A stretch of 63,996 nt of DNA, filler included, from Vicugna vicugna (GCA_013265495.1; 74 parts of 73 records of this genome joined end to end with filler, not necessarily neighbours in it); one strand, 5' to 3'; positions 39,469-52,322 are shown, counted from the whole stretch's first letter. The notes: generated by a model not told the origin, from the letters alone. Translations and numbers: made by a program.

Positions 39469-40612
39469 TGGCACAGAGACATTAGGAAAAAACCCAGGGG
39501 AGACGAACTTAGGCATTATGTTTGAACTCATGCGCTGCCGAGGGTTGGTGGAACCTCCCCACGCTCAGTATTCCGGAAAAATTGTCAGTGCGTTGGGAGC
39601 TTGAGAGACAACTCCACGCAGCTCTCTTCAGTCACAGGTGTTCCCTGATCGGGGAAGTCCGAGGAAAAACTTTCCTGAACTTTGGGAGGCATGGGATTTC
39701 CTGCAAACCCCCCTAGCATTCCATGGCACAGGGATATTAGAAAAACCCTCAGGGGAGACCAGCTCAGGCATTCCGTTGGAACCCATGCGCCGCCGACCGT
39801 TGGTGGAACCTCCCCACGCTCAGGGTTCCGGAACAATTGTCAGTGCGTGGGGCAGCTCGAGAGACAGCTCCACGCAGCTCTCTTCAGTCACAGGTATTCC
39901 CTGTCCGGGGAAGTCCCAGAAATACCTTCCCTAATCTTGGGGAGGAAGCCCCTGTTACTGAGATTAACTGCAAACCCTCCCTAGCATTCCCTGGCACAGA
40001 GACATTACGAAAACCTTCAGGGGAGACCAGATCAGTCATTCCGTTGGAACCCACGCGCTGCCGACCGTTGGTGGAACCTCCCCACGCTCAGGATTCCGGA
40101 ACCATTGTCAGTGCGTGGGGGAGCTCGAGAGACAGCTCCACGCAGCTCTCTTCAGTCACAGGTGTTCCCTGTCCGGGGAAGTCCGAGAATTACCTTCCCT
40201 GACCTTGAAATTCCTGCACCCTAGCATTCCCTGGCACAGAGATATTCGGAAAACCCTCAGGGGAGACCAGCTCAGGCATTCCATTGGATCCCACGCGCTG
40301 CCGACCGTTGGTGGAACCTCCCCACGCTACGCTCNNNNNNNNNNNNNNNNNNNNNNNNNNNNNNNNNNNNNNNNNNNNNNNNNNNNNNNNNNNNNNNNNN
40401 NNNNNNNNNNNNNNNNNNNNNNNNNNNNNNNNNNNNNNNNNNNNNNNNNNNNNNNNNNNNNNNNNNNNNNNNNNNNNNNNNNNNNGGAGACCAGTAATTC
40501 CGTTGGAACCCACGCGCTGCCGATCGTTGGTGGAACCTCCCCACGCTCAGATTTCCGGAACCATTTTCAGTGCGTGGGGGATCTCGAGAGACAGCTTCAC
40601 GCAGCGCAGCTC
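39469..40612 (+). repeat. Satellite A, ~4 monomers, two with internal deletions
   Basis: Repeated A cores, with deletions near 39690 and 40207. Confidence 0.95.
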
Positions 40613-40712
40613 NNNNNNNNNNNNNNNNNNNNNNNNNNNNNNNNNNNNNNNNNNNNTTAATTAATTAANNNNNNNNNNNNNNNNNNNNNNNNNNNNNNNN
40701 NNNNNNNNNNNN

Positions 40713-41734
40713 CGCTCAGGATTCCGGAACCATTGTCAGAGCGTGGGGAGCTCGAGAGACAACTCCACGCAGCTCTCTTCAGTCACAGGTGTTCCCTGAA
40801 TGGGGAAGTCCGAGAAATACTTTCCCTGACATTGGAGAGGCAGCCTCTTTCACTGGGATTGCCTGCAAACCCCCCTAGCATTCCGTGGCACAGAGAGATT
40901 AGGCAAAAATCCAGGGGAGACAAGCTTTGGCATTCGGTTAGAACCCACGCGCTGCCGATCGTTTGTGGAACCTCCGCACCCTCAGGATTCCGGAACCATT
41001 GTCTTTGTGGGGGGAGTTCGAGAGACAACTCCACGCAGCTCTCTTCCTTCACAGGTGTTCCCTGTTAGGGTTAATTCTGAGAAATACCTTTCCTGAACTT
41101 GGGGAGGAAGCCTCTCACACTGGGATTTCCTGCAAACACCCCTAGCATTCCCTGGCACAGAGACATTACGAAAAATCCCAGGGGAGTCGAGCTTAAGCAT
41201 TCCGTTAGAACCCAAGTGCTGCCGGCCGTTGGTGGAACCTCCCCANNNNNNNNNNNNNNNNNNNNNNNNNNNNNNNNNNNNNNNNNNNNNNNNNNNNNNN
41301 NNNNNNNNNNNNNNNNNNNNNNNNNNNNNNNNNNNNNNNNNNNNNNNNNNNNNNNNNNNNNNNNNNNNNNNNNNNNNNNNNNNNNNNNNNNNNNNNNNNN
41401 NNNNNNNNNNNNNNNNNNNNNNNNNNNNNNNNNNNNNNNNNNNNNNNNNNNNNNNNNNNNNNNNNNNNNNNNNNNNNNNNNNNNNNNNNNNACCGTTGGT
41501 GGAACCTCCCCAAGCTCAGGATTCCGGAACCAGTGTCAGTGCGTGGGGAGCTCGAGAGACAACTCCACGCAGCTCTCTTAAGTCACAGCTGTTCCCTGTA
41601 AGGGGGAATACTGAGAAATAACTTCCCTGACTTTGGGAGGCTTCCTCGGTCACTGTGATTTCCTGAAAACACTACTAGCATTCCCTGGAACAGAGACATT
41701 AGGAAAAAACACAGGGGAGTCAAGCTTAGGCATT
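40713..41734 (+). repeat. Satellite A fragment
   Basis: A monomer sequence. Confidence 0.95.
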
Positions 41735-41834
41735 NNNNNNNNNNNNNNNNNNNNNNNNNNNNNNNNNNNNNNNNNNNNTTAATTAATTAANNNNNNNNNN
41801 NNNNNNNNNNNNNNNNNNNNNNNNNNNNNNNNNN

Positions 41835-41962
41835 ATGCCTTCCATATATGTAGATCTTTTAAATTTTATTTTGGTGATAGTTCTAAATGTTCAATGTACA
41901 AATCTTGTAAAATTTTGTTAAATATATCTCTCATTTTATTTTTAATGCTGTTGTAAATGGAA
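41835..41962 (-). mobile_element. Old LINE-1 ORF2 fragment
   Basis: TAGATCTTTT...TTTTGTTAAAT...TTTTAATGCTGTTGTAAATGG antisense L1 motif. Confidence 0.5.
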
Positions 41963-42744
41963 AGGCTGAGCTTCTTGCGGGTAGGACTATATATCAATTT
42001 GAGTATTTCTAGGATTCCTACACAGCAAATACCCTAAGTTTATATTTGCTACATAAATCTATCCACAACTCTTCCTACCCCCATGTTATAAGAAACAAAG
42101 ACCCAGGTTAAGCTACCTGAACACCTATGTGTATGTGAGAAATGAGACTCTTGGGTGGGGCTTTGTGCAGATGATACTGAGAGCTTATTTAGGATGGCTT
42201 CATCTTAATTTCTTTTAAACAACACTTTTGGTGTAATCAGATAGATTAAGATCATGCCCTTGTGATGTGCAGAGGAGCTAAGACTATAATTTTAAAATAA
42301 TTTCTAGTGAGAGTGTTGTACTTGAAATCTAATTTGCATCAATCTTTGAAGATTTATATTTCAGGAGCTTTGACGAAAGAACACCTGTCTTTAATCAATA
42401 ATGACAGCGCTCAAGAAACATGTAAGAGTTTGTGCAAACTGCCCCCGCCCCATAGTGCTGGGTGGCTGCAGCTGTAATTGGAGTCCGTGCTTACCTCTCC
42501 CAGTACGCTTGTGCTGCTCTGCTCAAAGGGGTTCGTCCAACAGCTTGTCAGTCGTCTGTTGGACAAAGCCATAAAACATTGATTTAAGGNNNNNNNNNNN
42601 NNNNNNNNNNNNNNNNNNNNNNNNNNNNNNNNNTTAATTAATTAANNNNNNNNNNNNNNNNNNNNNNNNNNNNNNNNNNNNNNNNNNNNTCTGTTAAAAA
42701 CCACAAATAAACTTAATAAGGATATCAGTGTTTTTAGATGGCAT

Positions 42745-43090
42745 CTTAAACTCAGGGAATGACCAATATTCAGCCCAATTGGCTTAGTTTGGTGGAGATT
42801 GTCTTCAAAGAGAACATAAGAGAAAATACTTGGTGTTTCAGGGAACATTATTTCTTCCTGATGAAAAGGGAGAGTAGTAAGAAAGATCTCCTCTACATAC
42901 TCCTTCCTTGCTGCTTTCAGATGTTGTTAACTGAGGATGTGATACTGAAACCCCAGCACCATCTGATGAATGGAGGAGTAGCCAGAATACTCAGCAGAAT
43001 GCTTGAAAAGGATTCCATCATTCCATCACTGGAGCACGCTCTGTGAGATTCTCTTTTTCTAAAATCTCTATTAAAGGAAAGCATACAAGT
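42745..43090 (+). mobile_element. Possible MaLR (MLT1J/K-like) LTR relic
   Basis: ATGACCAATATTCAGCCCAAT...GATGTTGTTAACTGAGGATGTGATACTG...CAGCACCATCT resembles MLT1 LTRs. Confidence 0.4.
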
Positions 43091-43769
43091 GCCTACAGTA
43101 GAAGCCAAAATTATTCAGATTTTCTACAACTTGAAGACAACACAGCCCATTTGGAAATCAGATTCAGGATTACACATATTTGTTGATTTTCTCCATTCTC
43201 TTATTCCACTAGAAAGCAGTTTTGGTTAATTTGTGAAACAAGAAAGAATTTGAAGCCATAGGAAATATATAAATTATGATGGCTATAGAATCTGCTTGCC
43301 CTCATTTTGTCCATTTGTAATTTTATCTGGTACCCTTCTTTTCTCTATTTCACTTACTATTACTGCTTCATTTTCATGTGCTTTATACAATCAATTAACA
43401 ATTCATATTACCATATTTGGTTGGGCAAGATANNNNNNNNNNNNNNNNNNNNNNNNNNNNNNNNNNNNNNNNNNNNTTAATTAATTAANNNNNNNNNNNN
43501 NNNNNNNNNNNNNNNNNNNNNNNNNNNNNNNNCTCCGTTGTAGAGCACCTGTTGTGCATGCACATGTTCCTGGCTTCTATCCACAGTACCTTCATGAAAA
43601 TAAATAAATACAAGTGCTTATTTAAAAATAAGAATAAATTTATATAAAAAAATAAATGCAGACTAAAAACCACTGCAATCTAGGAGCCACAATTATAATA
43701 AAAAAACAAGTGTTTCTATCAAATATTGACTATACACCAATCACAGAGACAACCAAAAGTCACACCTGA

Positions 43770-43915
43770 CAACCATCACGTGTGATTCTCAGCAATCCTA
43801 CTAAGTAGACACGGATGAGAAACCCGGCTCTGCGGATGAGGAGACGGAGCTCGGAGGAGCCGGGGACACTGACCGTCCACTGCTCCCCGTGACAACGCGT
43901 CAGCCCAGGGCAAGC
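43770..43915 (-). mobile_element. Possible GC-shifted MIR relic
   Basis: ATTCTCAGCAATCCT...GCGGATGAGGAGACGGAGCTCGGAG resembles MIR core ACAGATGAGGAAACTGAGGCTCAGAG. Confidence 0.45.
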
Positions 43916-45506
43916 GCTGACAGAGCTGCTCTGAGGGGACACCCAGCTGCATGGAACCTTGGGGGATGGGGGAGTCCTAGAAAATTCTCAAAAGTGTTCA
44001 GTGAAAAACCAGCTCAAATATATTACACTGTGCCCCATCCTCTAAACACGGAACATGACTGAGACCTTTTTGATGCCTCCGTGTCCTTTCTGCCATCATC
44101 AGTTACGTGCCCTCTCAGCGCGACCAATCGTGAACTGGACCCCATACGAAGTGCATTCAGATGGCAGAGCTTTTAAAGCTGTTTTACGAAGTTTGTAAGA
44201 CTCTGTCTATTCCTCACACAGGCGGTCATCCAGCAATAGTCACTGGTGTGGATGTACCACCTGAAAACACACCTTTCTGCTTTTTAAAATCCCTTCATGT
44301 AATACAGAATTTTAAACAGCAAAGAAGCAGCTCAACCACAGACAGTGGACAGCTTTTCACCAAACGGTCTGGAACAGCCCATCGGACAACCTGGAAGCCC
44401 TTTTCTTCTATTAAACCCACTTCCACGTACTTCATCTGTTTGGTGGACTCGGCCTCTGACTGGCCTACTCAGAGAGATCCCATCNNNNNNNNNNNNNNNN
44501 NNNNNNNNNNNNNNNNNNNNNNNNNNNNTTAATTAATTAANNNNNNNNNNNNNNNNNNNNNNNNNNNNNNNNNNNNNNNNNNNNTTGTTGTTTTGTCTTC
44601 TTTAAATCTTTGTCCTTACTGAACATGCTCAGATATTCTTTGTTTTAAATAATAGATTATTATTCATTCCTTTGTTTTGAACATTTGTTGCACAATGTTG
44701 GGATGGTAAGATTTTGGTCAAAGTTTGTGAAGATCATGCTGAAATTTCTAGGGAGCAATTTGTTGGTTTTTTCTTGCCACAGATGTTTCCCTGGGATAAT
44801 TGATAGATAATATGTTGGAGAAATACTCTAATATAATATTTTTAAAAAACAGCTTAACTTGGGTAATCTGGGGCTGACACTTAAATTGTTGATTGNNNNN
44901 NNNNNNNNNNNNNNNNNNNNNNNNNNNNNNNNNNNNNNNNNNNNNNNNNNNNNNNNNNNNATGTGGATTGGGGAGACTGTTAAATGTGGATGGAAATGTT
45001 GATTGGAGAAACTGTTCTCTACAGCTAAAGACTCAAGCTTCACCTTAGGTGTATGAAGCAGCTGCCAGAGCTCAAATTCATGCTGTGAGAATTTAATTCC
45101 AGTTTAATTTAACTGCACCAATTTCATTTCAGTTATTTCAAGTGTTTTGTTTGTGTCTAGTTTTTTAAGAACCTCATTTAAGAATTTTTTTTCAGGCTTT
45201 TGTGTATTTTTTATTTGAATAATTAATAGATATTTTGGGGGAAGTGTGGATCACATTTAAACATTATACTTATTGGTTGTAAAAACAATTTTCCAACTCT
45301 TGGTTTTTGTTAAATAATTAGAACAGTTACTGGAGTTTACAGGTGCCTATTTTCTGTTGTATTGGGTTTCTAGCCCTTTAGGCAGAGTATAAACATGTGC
45401 CCAGTTNNNNNNNNNNNNNNNNNNNNNNNNNNNNNNNNNNNNNNNNNNNNTTAATTAATTAANNNNNNNNNNNNNNNNNNNNNNNNNNNNNNNNNNNNNN
45501 NNNNNN

Positions 45507-45961
45507 ATGGAATATAGAATAGAGAATATAGAACCCAGAATTTGGAACATGTAATGTAGAACACAGAATGTAGAATATAGAGAACAGAATACTGAATATA
45601 GAATATGAATATACAATGTGGAACACAGAATATAGAATACGGANNNNNNNNNNNNNNNNNNNNNNNNNNNNNNNNNNNNNNNNNNNNNNNNNNNAATATA
45701 GAATATGAAAAACAGAATACAAAACTTGGAATTGAGAACATGGTATGCAGAACACAGATTTAGAATATAGAAAACAGAATACTGAATATAGAATTTCGAA
45801 TATAGAATGTAGAACACAGAATTTAGTATATAGAACAAAGAATACTAAATATAGAAATCAGAATATAGAATGTAGAACACAGAATATAGAATAGAGGATA
45901 CAGAATAGAGAACCCGGAATTTAGAATATTTAATGCAGAACACAGAATTTAGAATACAGAA
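45507..45961 (+). repeat. Satellite E heptamer array
   Basis: (AGAAYNN)n. Confidence 0.95.
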
Positions 45962-46694
45962 NNNNNNNNNNNNNNNNNNNNNNNNNNNNNNNNNNNNNNN
46001 NNNNNTTAATTAATTAANNNNNNNNNNNNNNNNNNNNNNNNNNNNNNNNNNNNNNNNNNNNGAGCATGGGCTCCACCTCGGGCAGCAGGACCCTTCCCAG
46101 GTTCTCAACATCCCAGCCAGCCAGCTGTGACCTGGGCTGTGGATGTGACCGGGCCCCCAGGCCTCTGACCTGCTCTTGCTTGGGGCAGAAACCCATCCCC
46201 AACATGACTGCTCCACCTCCACCAGCCAGGAAGGGGCCGTGGTTCTACCTGGGTGGGATCTGAGTTGTTGCCCGGCCTGGGCGGGCCTGCCCTGGGCCTC
46301 CCTGTGTTACCTGTGGGTCTCTCTGGCCAAAAGGCCAGAGGCGCCTTGAGTGAGACCTGACCCAGCGCTGGCAGCGTTGGTACAGACCCTCGCTGCGGGC
46401 TTTCTGGGGGCTGCAGCATCAGGATACTGGGATGCAGCAGAACATGCCTCTGTCTCCAACCAGGTGAGCTGAGTAGGGACTTCTCTACAGAGTGGGTGCC
46501 TGGTCGCTTCAGTTCCAAGTTCTGTTGGGCTCTATTGCCAGGGAAGTGAGGTCACTTCCTGGGGTCCACTTATCCAAGCTTCCTCCTGACACAAAGCTCC
46601 CCAAGCGCCTTTCTGGGCTGCCGATCTCTCATTTCTCACTCCATGCCATGTTCACACACAGTGACACCAACTCAGCCCCCCCCTATAGCCCTGG

Positions 46695-46825
46695 GGAGGC
46701 CTATTTGGGTTCAGACCCGGCTCTCCCCACTCAGCAGTGCTATCACACTGGACAAGCCACGTGCGTCTCAGGGTCCCCCAAATCCCCCATCAGCACAGTG
46801 GGTATCATTCTGGCCCCTGCTTCCT
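46695..46825 (+). mobile_element. MIR SINE relic
   Basis: TGGGTTCAGACCCGGCTCTCCCCACTCAGCAG...TGGACAAGCCAC resembles MIR TGGGTTCAAATCCCGGCTCTGCCACTTACTAG...TGGGCAAGTCAC. Confidence 0.65.
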
Positions 46826-47801
46826 NNNNNNNNNNNNNNNNNNNNNNNNNNNNNNNNNNNNNNNNNNNNTTAATTAATTAANNNNNNNNNNNNNNNNNNN
46901 NNNNNNNNNNNNNNNNNNNNNNNNNACAAGAGTTCATCTAAGAGGCTCCCTGAGCCTGTGGCGCCTGAGGCCTGGGGCTGCGGGTGGAGCAGAGGAGACG
47001 TGAGTTGATCCGATGGGGCCTGCTGCTGCCACAGGTGTGTCTCGGCCTGTTCGGGCTGCAGAACTGCCGCGTGGGGGCTGCACGGCTGAGCCGGATGCTG
47101 CCCGGTCTGTGGAGGACCGCTGCGGGGGACAGGCTGAGGGGGTGCTGCCGCGCCAGGGTGCAGGCTGTGGTGCGGGCAGGGCCCTCCGTGGGCAGAGGGC
47201 GTGAGTGCCGCGTGCACGGGTGCGAGACCCCCTCCTGGACTCGGCCCTGCTCTGGTACCCCTTGGGTCTGTTCCCGGATGTGAAGGGTTCTCAACTCCCT
47301 ACCAAGCCGGGGTAGGCTGGAGCACCAGGAGCATGAGTGGCTGGCCCACCCAGCCACCAGGGGGCGCACAAGGCACAAAGAAGCTGGGGGACAGAGGAGG
47401 GGCTGCCGCGGCAAGGGACCGGAAGCTGTCCAGTGGATCAGTTGGAGGCAAGTGATGAGCGCCGAGCGGAGGCCGTGGTCCGATGGGACAGTCGGGACTG
47501 GTCTGGCATCGGGGTCTTCTGCCCGGGCCTTGGCAGGCGCCCCACTGCTCTGCTCCGGGTGCCGAGCTCTCCGGTTCTGAAACCATATCTAGGCAAGATG
47601 AGAGAAAGGGAGACTGGTAGATCAGAAGCAAGATCTTTCAAGTCGCCTTGCAACCGCCATGCCAGCACCCCTTGTCTGACAGGCTCCGGGGAATTACACT
47701 GNNNNNNNNNNNNNNNNNNNNNNNNNNNNNNNNNNNNNNNNNNNNTTAATTAATTAANNNNNNNNNNNNNNNNNNNNNNNNNNNNNNNNNNNNNNNNNNN
47801 N

Positions 47802-49248
47802 TCTCCCCTGAGGGTATTCCTAATTTCTCTGTGCCATGGAATGCTACAGGGGATTGCAGGATATCCCAGTGAAAGAGGCTGCCTCCCCAAGATCAGGAAA
47901 TGTATTTCTCGGACTTCTCTGAAGAGGGAACACATTTGACTTAAAAGAGCTGCTTCGAGTTCTCTCTCGAGATCACCCACGCACTGACAATGATTCCGGA
48001 ATCCTGAGCGTGGGGAGGTTCCACCAACGGTCGGCAGTGTGTGGGTTCTAACGTAATGCCTAAGCTCGTCTCCCCTGAGGGTATTCCTAATTTCTCTGTG
48101 CCATGGAATGCTACAGGGGATTGCAGGATATCCCAGTGAAAGAGGCTGCCTCCCCAAGTTCAGGGAAGGTATTTCTCGGACTTCTCTGAAGAGGGAACAC
48201 ATTTGACTTAAAAGAGCTGCTTCGAGTTCTCTCTCGAGATCACCCACGCACTGACAATGATTCCGGAATCCTGAGCGTGGGGAGGTTCCACCAACTGTCG
48301 GCATCGCGTGGCTTCAAACATAATGCCTAAGCTCGTCTCCCCTGAGGGTTTTCCTAATGTCTCTCTGCCAGGGAATGCTAGGGGGNNNNNNNNNNNNNNN
48401 NNNNNNNNNNNNNNNNNNNNNNNNNNNNNNNNNNNNNNNNNNNNNNNNNNNNNNNNNNNNNNNNNNNNNNNNNNNNNNNNNNNNNNNNNNNNNNNNNNNN
48501 NNNNNNNNNNNNNNNNNNNNNNNNNNNNNNNNNNNNNNNNNNNNNNNNNNNNNNNNNNNNNNNNNNNNNNNNNNNNNNNNNNNNNNNNNNNNNNNNNNNN
48601 NNNNNNNNNNNNNNNNNNNNNNNNNNNNNNNNNNNNNNNNNNNNNNNNNNNNNNNNNNNNNNNNNNNNNNNNNNNNNNNNNNNNNNNNNNNNNNNNNNNN
48701 NNNNNNNNNNNNNNNNNNNNNNNNNNNNNNNNNNNNNNNNNNNNNNNNNNNNNNNNNNNNNNNNNNNNNNNNNNNNNNNNNNNNNNNNNNNNNNNNNNNN
48801 NNNNNNNNNNNNNNNNNNNNNNNNNNNNNNNNNNNNNNNNNNNNNNNNNNNNNNNNNNNNNNNNNNNNNNNNNNNNNNNNNNNNNNNNNNNNNNNNNNNN
48901 NNNNNNNNNNNNNNNNNNNNNNNNNNNNNNNNNNNNNNNNNNNNNNNNNNNNNNNNNNNNNNNNNNNNNNNNNNNNNNNNNNNNNNNNNNNNNNNNAGAG
49001 CTTCTTGGAGCTGTCTCTCGAGCTCCCCCACTCACTGACAATGGTTACGGAATCCTGAGCGTCGGGAAGTTCCTCCAACAGTCGGCAGCGCGTGAGTTGT
49101 AACTGAATGCCTTAGCTCGTCTCCCCTGAGGGTTTTCCTAATGTCTCTGTCTCAGGGAAAGCTTGGGGGGTTTGCAGGATTTCCCAGTGACAAAGGCTGT
49201 CTACCCAATATCAGGGAAGTTATTTCTTGGACTTCCCCGAACAGGGAA
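47802..49248 (-). repeat. Satellite A (reverse) with two near-identical adjacent monomers
   Basis: AGGGTATTCC at 47811 and 48078 (period 267). Confidence 0.96.
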
Positions 49249-49348
49249 NNNNNNNNNNNNNNNNNNNNNNNNNNNNNNNNNNNNNNNNNNNNTTAATTAA
49301 TTAANNNNNNNNNNNNNNNNNNNNNNNNNNNNNNNNNNNNNNNNNNNN

Positions 49349-49441
49349 TCTGTCTAACTTAATTCACTTAGCATAATACCCTCTGGGTCCATCCATGTCA
49401 GAAATGCCGAGATTTCATTCTTTAATGGCTGAGTAATATTC

Positions 49442-49486
<45 letters not shown>

Positions 49487-50132
49487 TGTGTGTGTGGCTT
49501 CCGTGTCTTGGCTCTTGTGAACATTGCTGCAGTGAACACAGGGTGGATGTATCTTTTTGAATTAGTGTTTTTGTTTTCTTCAGATAAATACTGGAAGTGA
49601 AATTGCTGGATAATCAGGTAATTAGTTATACTTTTAATTTTTAGAGCAACCTCCGTACTGTTTTCCGTAGTGGCTGCAGCAATTTACATTCCTAGCAGTA
49701 GTGCGTGAGGGTTCCTTTTTCTCTGTATACTTGCCAACGTTAGTTTCTTGTTGTCTTTCTGACAGATACTCTGATGGGTGTGAGGTGACAGCTCAGTGTG
49801 GTTTGTTTTGCATTTCCATGATGATTAGGGATATTGAGCATCTGTATGTCTTCTCTGGAAAAATATCTTTTCAGGTCACCTGTTCGTTTTTTGTCAGATT
49901 ATGATTATGATTGTGATTGTTATTTTGATACTGACTTGTATGAGCTCTTTATGTGCTTTGGATGTTGACTGCTGTGTCATTTGCAGGTAGCTTCTCCTGC
50001 TCAGTAGGTGGCAGTTTGTTTTGTTGAGTTCCTGTCTCTGTGTGAAAACTGTCCGTTGCTGTAGTCCCACTTATTTTTACTTCTGACTCCCTTGCCCGAA
50101 GAGCTTGACCCAAGTTAAATATTGGTAAGACT
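49349..50132 (-). mobile_element. LINE-1 ORF2 C-terminus/3' UTR, decayed
   Basis: TTCACTTAGCATAATACCCTC..GGTCCATCCATGT, TTTAATGGCTGAGTAATATTCC and CCGTACTGTTTTCCGTAGTGGCTGCA. Confidence 0.88.
49445..49496. repeat. (TG)n microsatellite, ~26 units with one interruption
   Basis: Read directly. Confidence 0.97.
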
Positions 50133-50822
50133 NNNNNNNNNNNNNNNNNNNNNNNNNNNNNNNNNNNNNNNNNNNNTTAATTAATTAANNNNNNNNNNNN
50201 NNNNNNNNNNNNNNNNNNNNNNNNNNNNNNNNAAAACCTGGGAGGTATGTACAAAGTGACTGCAAACTCAGTATTTTCTGAAAGTCAGAATCAGAGCGGT
50301 GGGTGATTCAGGAAAGGCTATTTTAAGGTAGAAAGGGGAAAGTGAAAGGACGCAGGGTGTGTGAGAAAGAAGCATCTCAGTCCCAGCCAGCAAGGCACCT
50401 GCATTCAGGATGGTGTGTGGAGAGTGCAGACTTCTCACAAAGAAAGAAGTGGTGGGATGGGAGGGAGAACAGTTTGGTACTTTACTGGGGAGGGAAAAAG
50501 TGGGTTGAACATTTCCTGGTTGAAGAAAAGGATTGTGACATGTTATGCTTGTATTTTGGAGAGAAGGGTTTTGTGGGGACAGGCCAAGGAGAACGCTCTC
50601 TGGCTGGGGTGTCAGCACAACAGAGAAACACAGAGAACCGGGCCGACCCCAATTCCCTTGCTGGGGGAGAATTCCCTTGCTGGGGGAGAGGCTGCCCACC
50701 AAATGGAGCCCTGTTGTCTGCTNNNNNNNNNNNNNNNNNNNNNNNNNNNNNNNNNNNNNNNNNNNNTTAATTAATTAANNNNNNNNNNNNNNNNNNNNNN
50801 NNNNNNNNNNNNNNNNNNNNNN

Positions 50823-51304
50823 TGTAGGTCTGTTTGGTTTCTCCTTGTTTGGGACCTTCTGTGCCTCCTGTACTTGGATAATTCTTTCTTTCTTAATGTT
50901 TGGAAAGTTTTCAGTCATGATTTCTTTAACTATCTTTTCAATCCCCCTTTCTCTTTCTTCTCCTTCTGGGACTCATCATTATGCATAGGCTGGCACACTT
51001 TATATTATCTTGCTTTAATTGGTTTTTATTGACTTTTCTGTCTGCTGTTCTTTTTGGGTTATTTCTTTTATCTTGTCTCCTAAGCCATTTATTCATTCCT
51101 CTGCATTATCTAGTCTTCTTTTGATTGCCTGTAGTTGAATTTTCTATTTTTAACTAGCTCTTCTTTATAGTTTAAATTTTCTTTTTAAAGTTTTCTGTCT
51201 CTATTGATAGTCTCTTTTAGTTCTTTCAGTGAGTTGATCATTCACTTCTTGAAGTCTAGTAGACTATCAAAGTCTATTTTACTGATTGTTCTTTCAGGGG
51301 ATTT
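50823..51304 (-). mobile_element. LINE-1 ORF1 fragment (RRM region), decayed
   Basis: Minus strand reads approximately VPEGEEREKG.EKIVKEIMTENFPNIKKERIIQVQEAQKVPNKEKPNRPT, typical of L1 ORF1p. Confidence 0.88.
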
Positions 51305-51636
51305 NNNNNNNNNNNNNNNNNNNNNNNNNNNNNNNNNNNNNNNNNNNNNNNNNNNNNNNNNNNNNNNNNNNNNNNNNNNNNNNNNNNNNNNNNNNNNNNN
51401 NNNNNNNNNNNNNNNNNNNNNNNNNNNNNNNNNTTCAGTTGTGAAGAAAAATAGGCAGAAGATGTTCACTGGGGAGTTCTCTGTGTGGTGTTGCCTGTGA
51501 CTTATTATGCAGACTTACAAAGTACTATTTGTTGATNNNNNNNNNNNNNNNNNNNNNNNNNNNNNNNNNNNNNNNNNNNNTTAATTAATTAANNNNNNNN
51601 NNNNNNNNNNNNNNNNNNNNNNNNNNNNNNNNNNNN

Positions 51637-51903
51637 AAGGGGCTGGGATTCCCAGGGAGTTGGCCTTTTCCCACCCTGTGATATTTTGTGGCTAGTCTTG
51701 GGTTGGCCATGGTGCCTTGGGGCATGTTATTCAACATATTACTATTACAATGGGTGTATAATGAAGCTCAAGATCTGCTAGAAGTTAAATCTCTTCATCC
51801 TGAGCCTCAAGGCCTATTGGGGGTTGAATCCTTCACCATTTTGATGTTAATTGCTGTGGCCTTCCTTGAATGGCTGTTCTCTGCCCCCTTCCATCCTGTT
51901 TCA
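51637..51903 (-). mobile_element. ERV LTR 5' portion (ERV1-like)
   Basis: Ends sharply in CCTGTTTCA (TGAAACAGG start on minus). Resembles artiodactyl LTR U3. Family not identified. Confidence 0.55.
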
Positions 51904-52101
51904 CTGTGATGGCACAGAGAGAGCAAAGTCCAGGCCCTACCTGTGCTCCTGCATTTAACAGGGGGAGGGGTGGGGTGGCCTGAGGATGACTCTGAGTGGT
52001 GAGAAGGATGTTTCAGATTTTCCCACGTGGGAAATGGGGAGTTGCCAGCAGCTACTTCAGATTATATCATAGCCATTATCGCTTGTGTCACTCATCTTTT
52101 A

Positions 52102-52322
52102 GTATTGTTCTTTTTTTTTTTTTATTTTTTTTGAAGTATTTAATCTAAATTTAATATCAGGATTTTTTAGGAAAGAAATTTCTCTTTTTCTTTTCTTTGG
52201 GACTCTTTTGGGGGGTAGGTAATTAGGTATATTTATCTCTTAGTGGAGGCCCTGGCGCTTGAACCCAGGACCCCGTGCACGCTAAGCACACGCTGTACCA
52301 CTGAGCTCTACCACCCGCCCCA
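52102..52322 (-). mobile_element. tRNA-Ala-derived camelid SINE, Vic-1-like
   Basis: Minus strand GGGCGGGTGGTAGAGCTCAGTGGTACAGCGTGTGCTTAGCGTGCACGGGGTCCTGGGTTCAAGCGCCAGGGCCTCCA (A and B boxes), then ACCTAATTACC-C-run and an A-rich tail. 10-bp direct repeat TCATCTTTTA at 52092-52101 and 52323-52332. Confidence 0.85.

Noticed and set aside
47750..48304. 184-aa ORF with an 89-aa tandem repeat (also 26138-27358, 39682-39984 and similar)
   Set aside because: Translation of satellite A. 267 is divisible by 3 and the GC-rich monomer is stop-poor in several frames on both strands. Other copies have frameshifts and stops, and the ORF ends only at the linker.
52244..52320. tRNA-Ala-like sequence
   Set aside because: Degenerate stems followed by SINE body, A-tail and TSD, so it is a SINE head and not a tRNA gene
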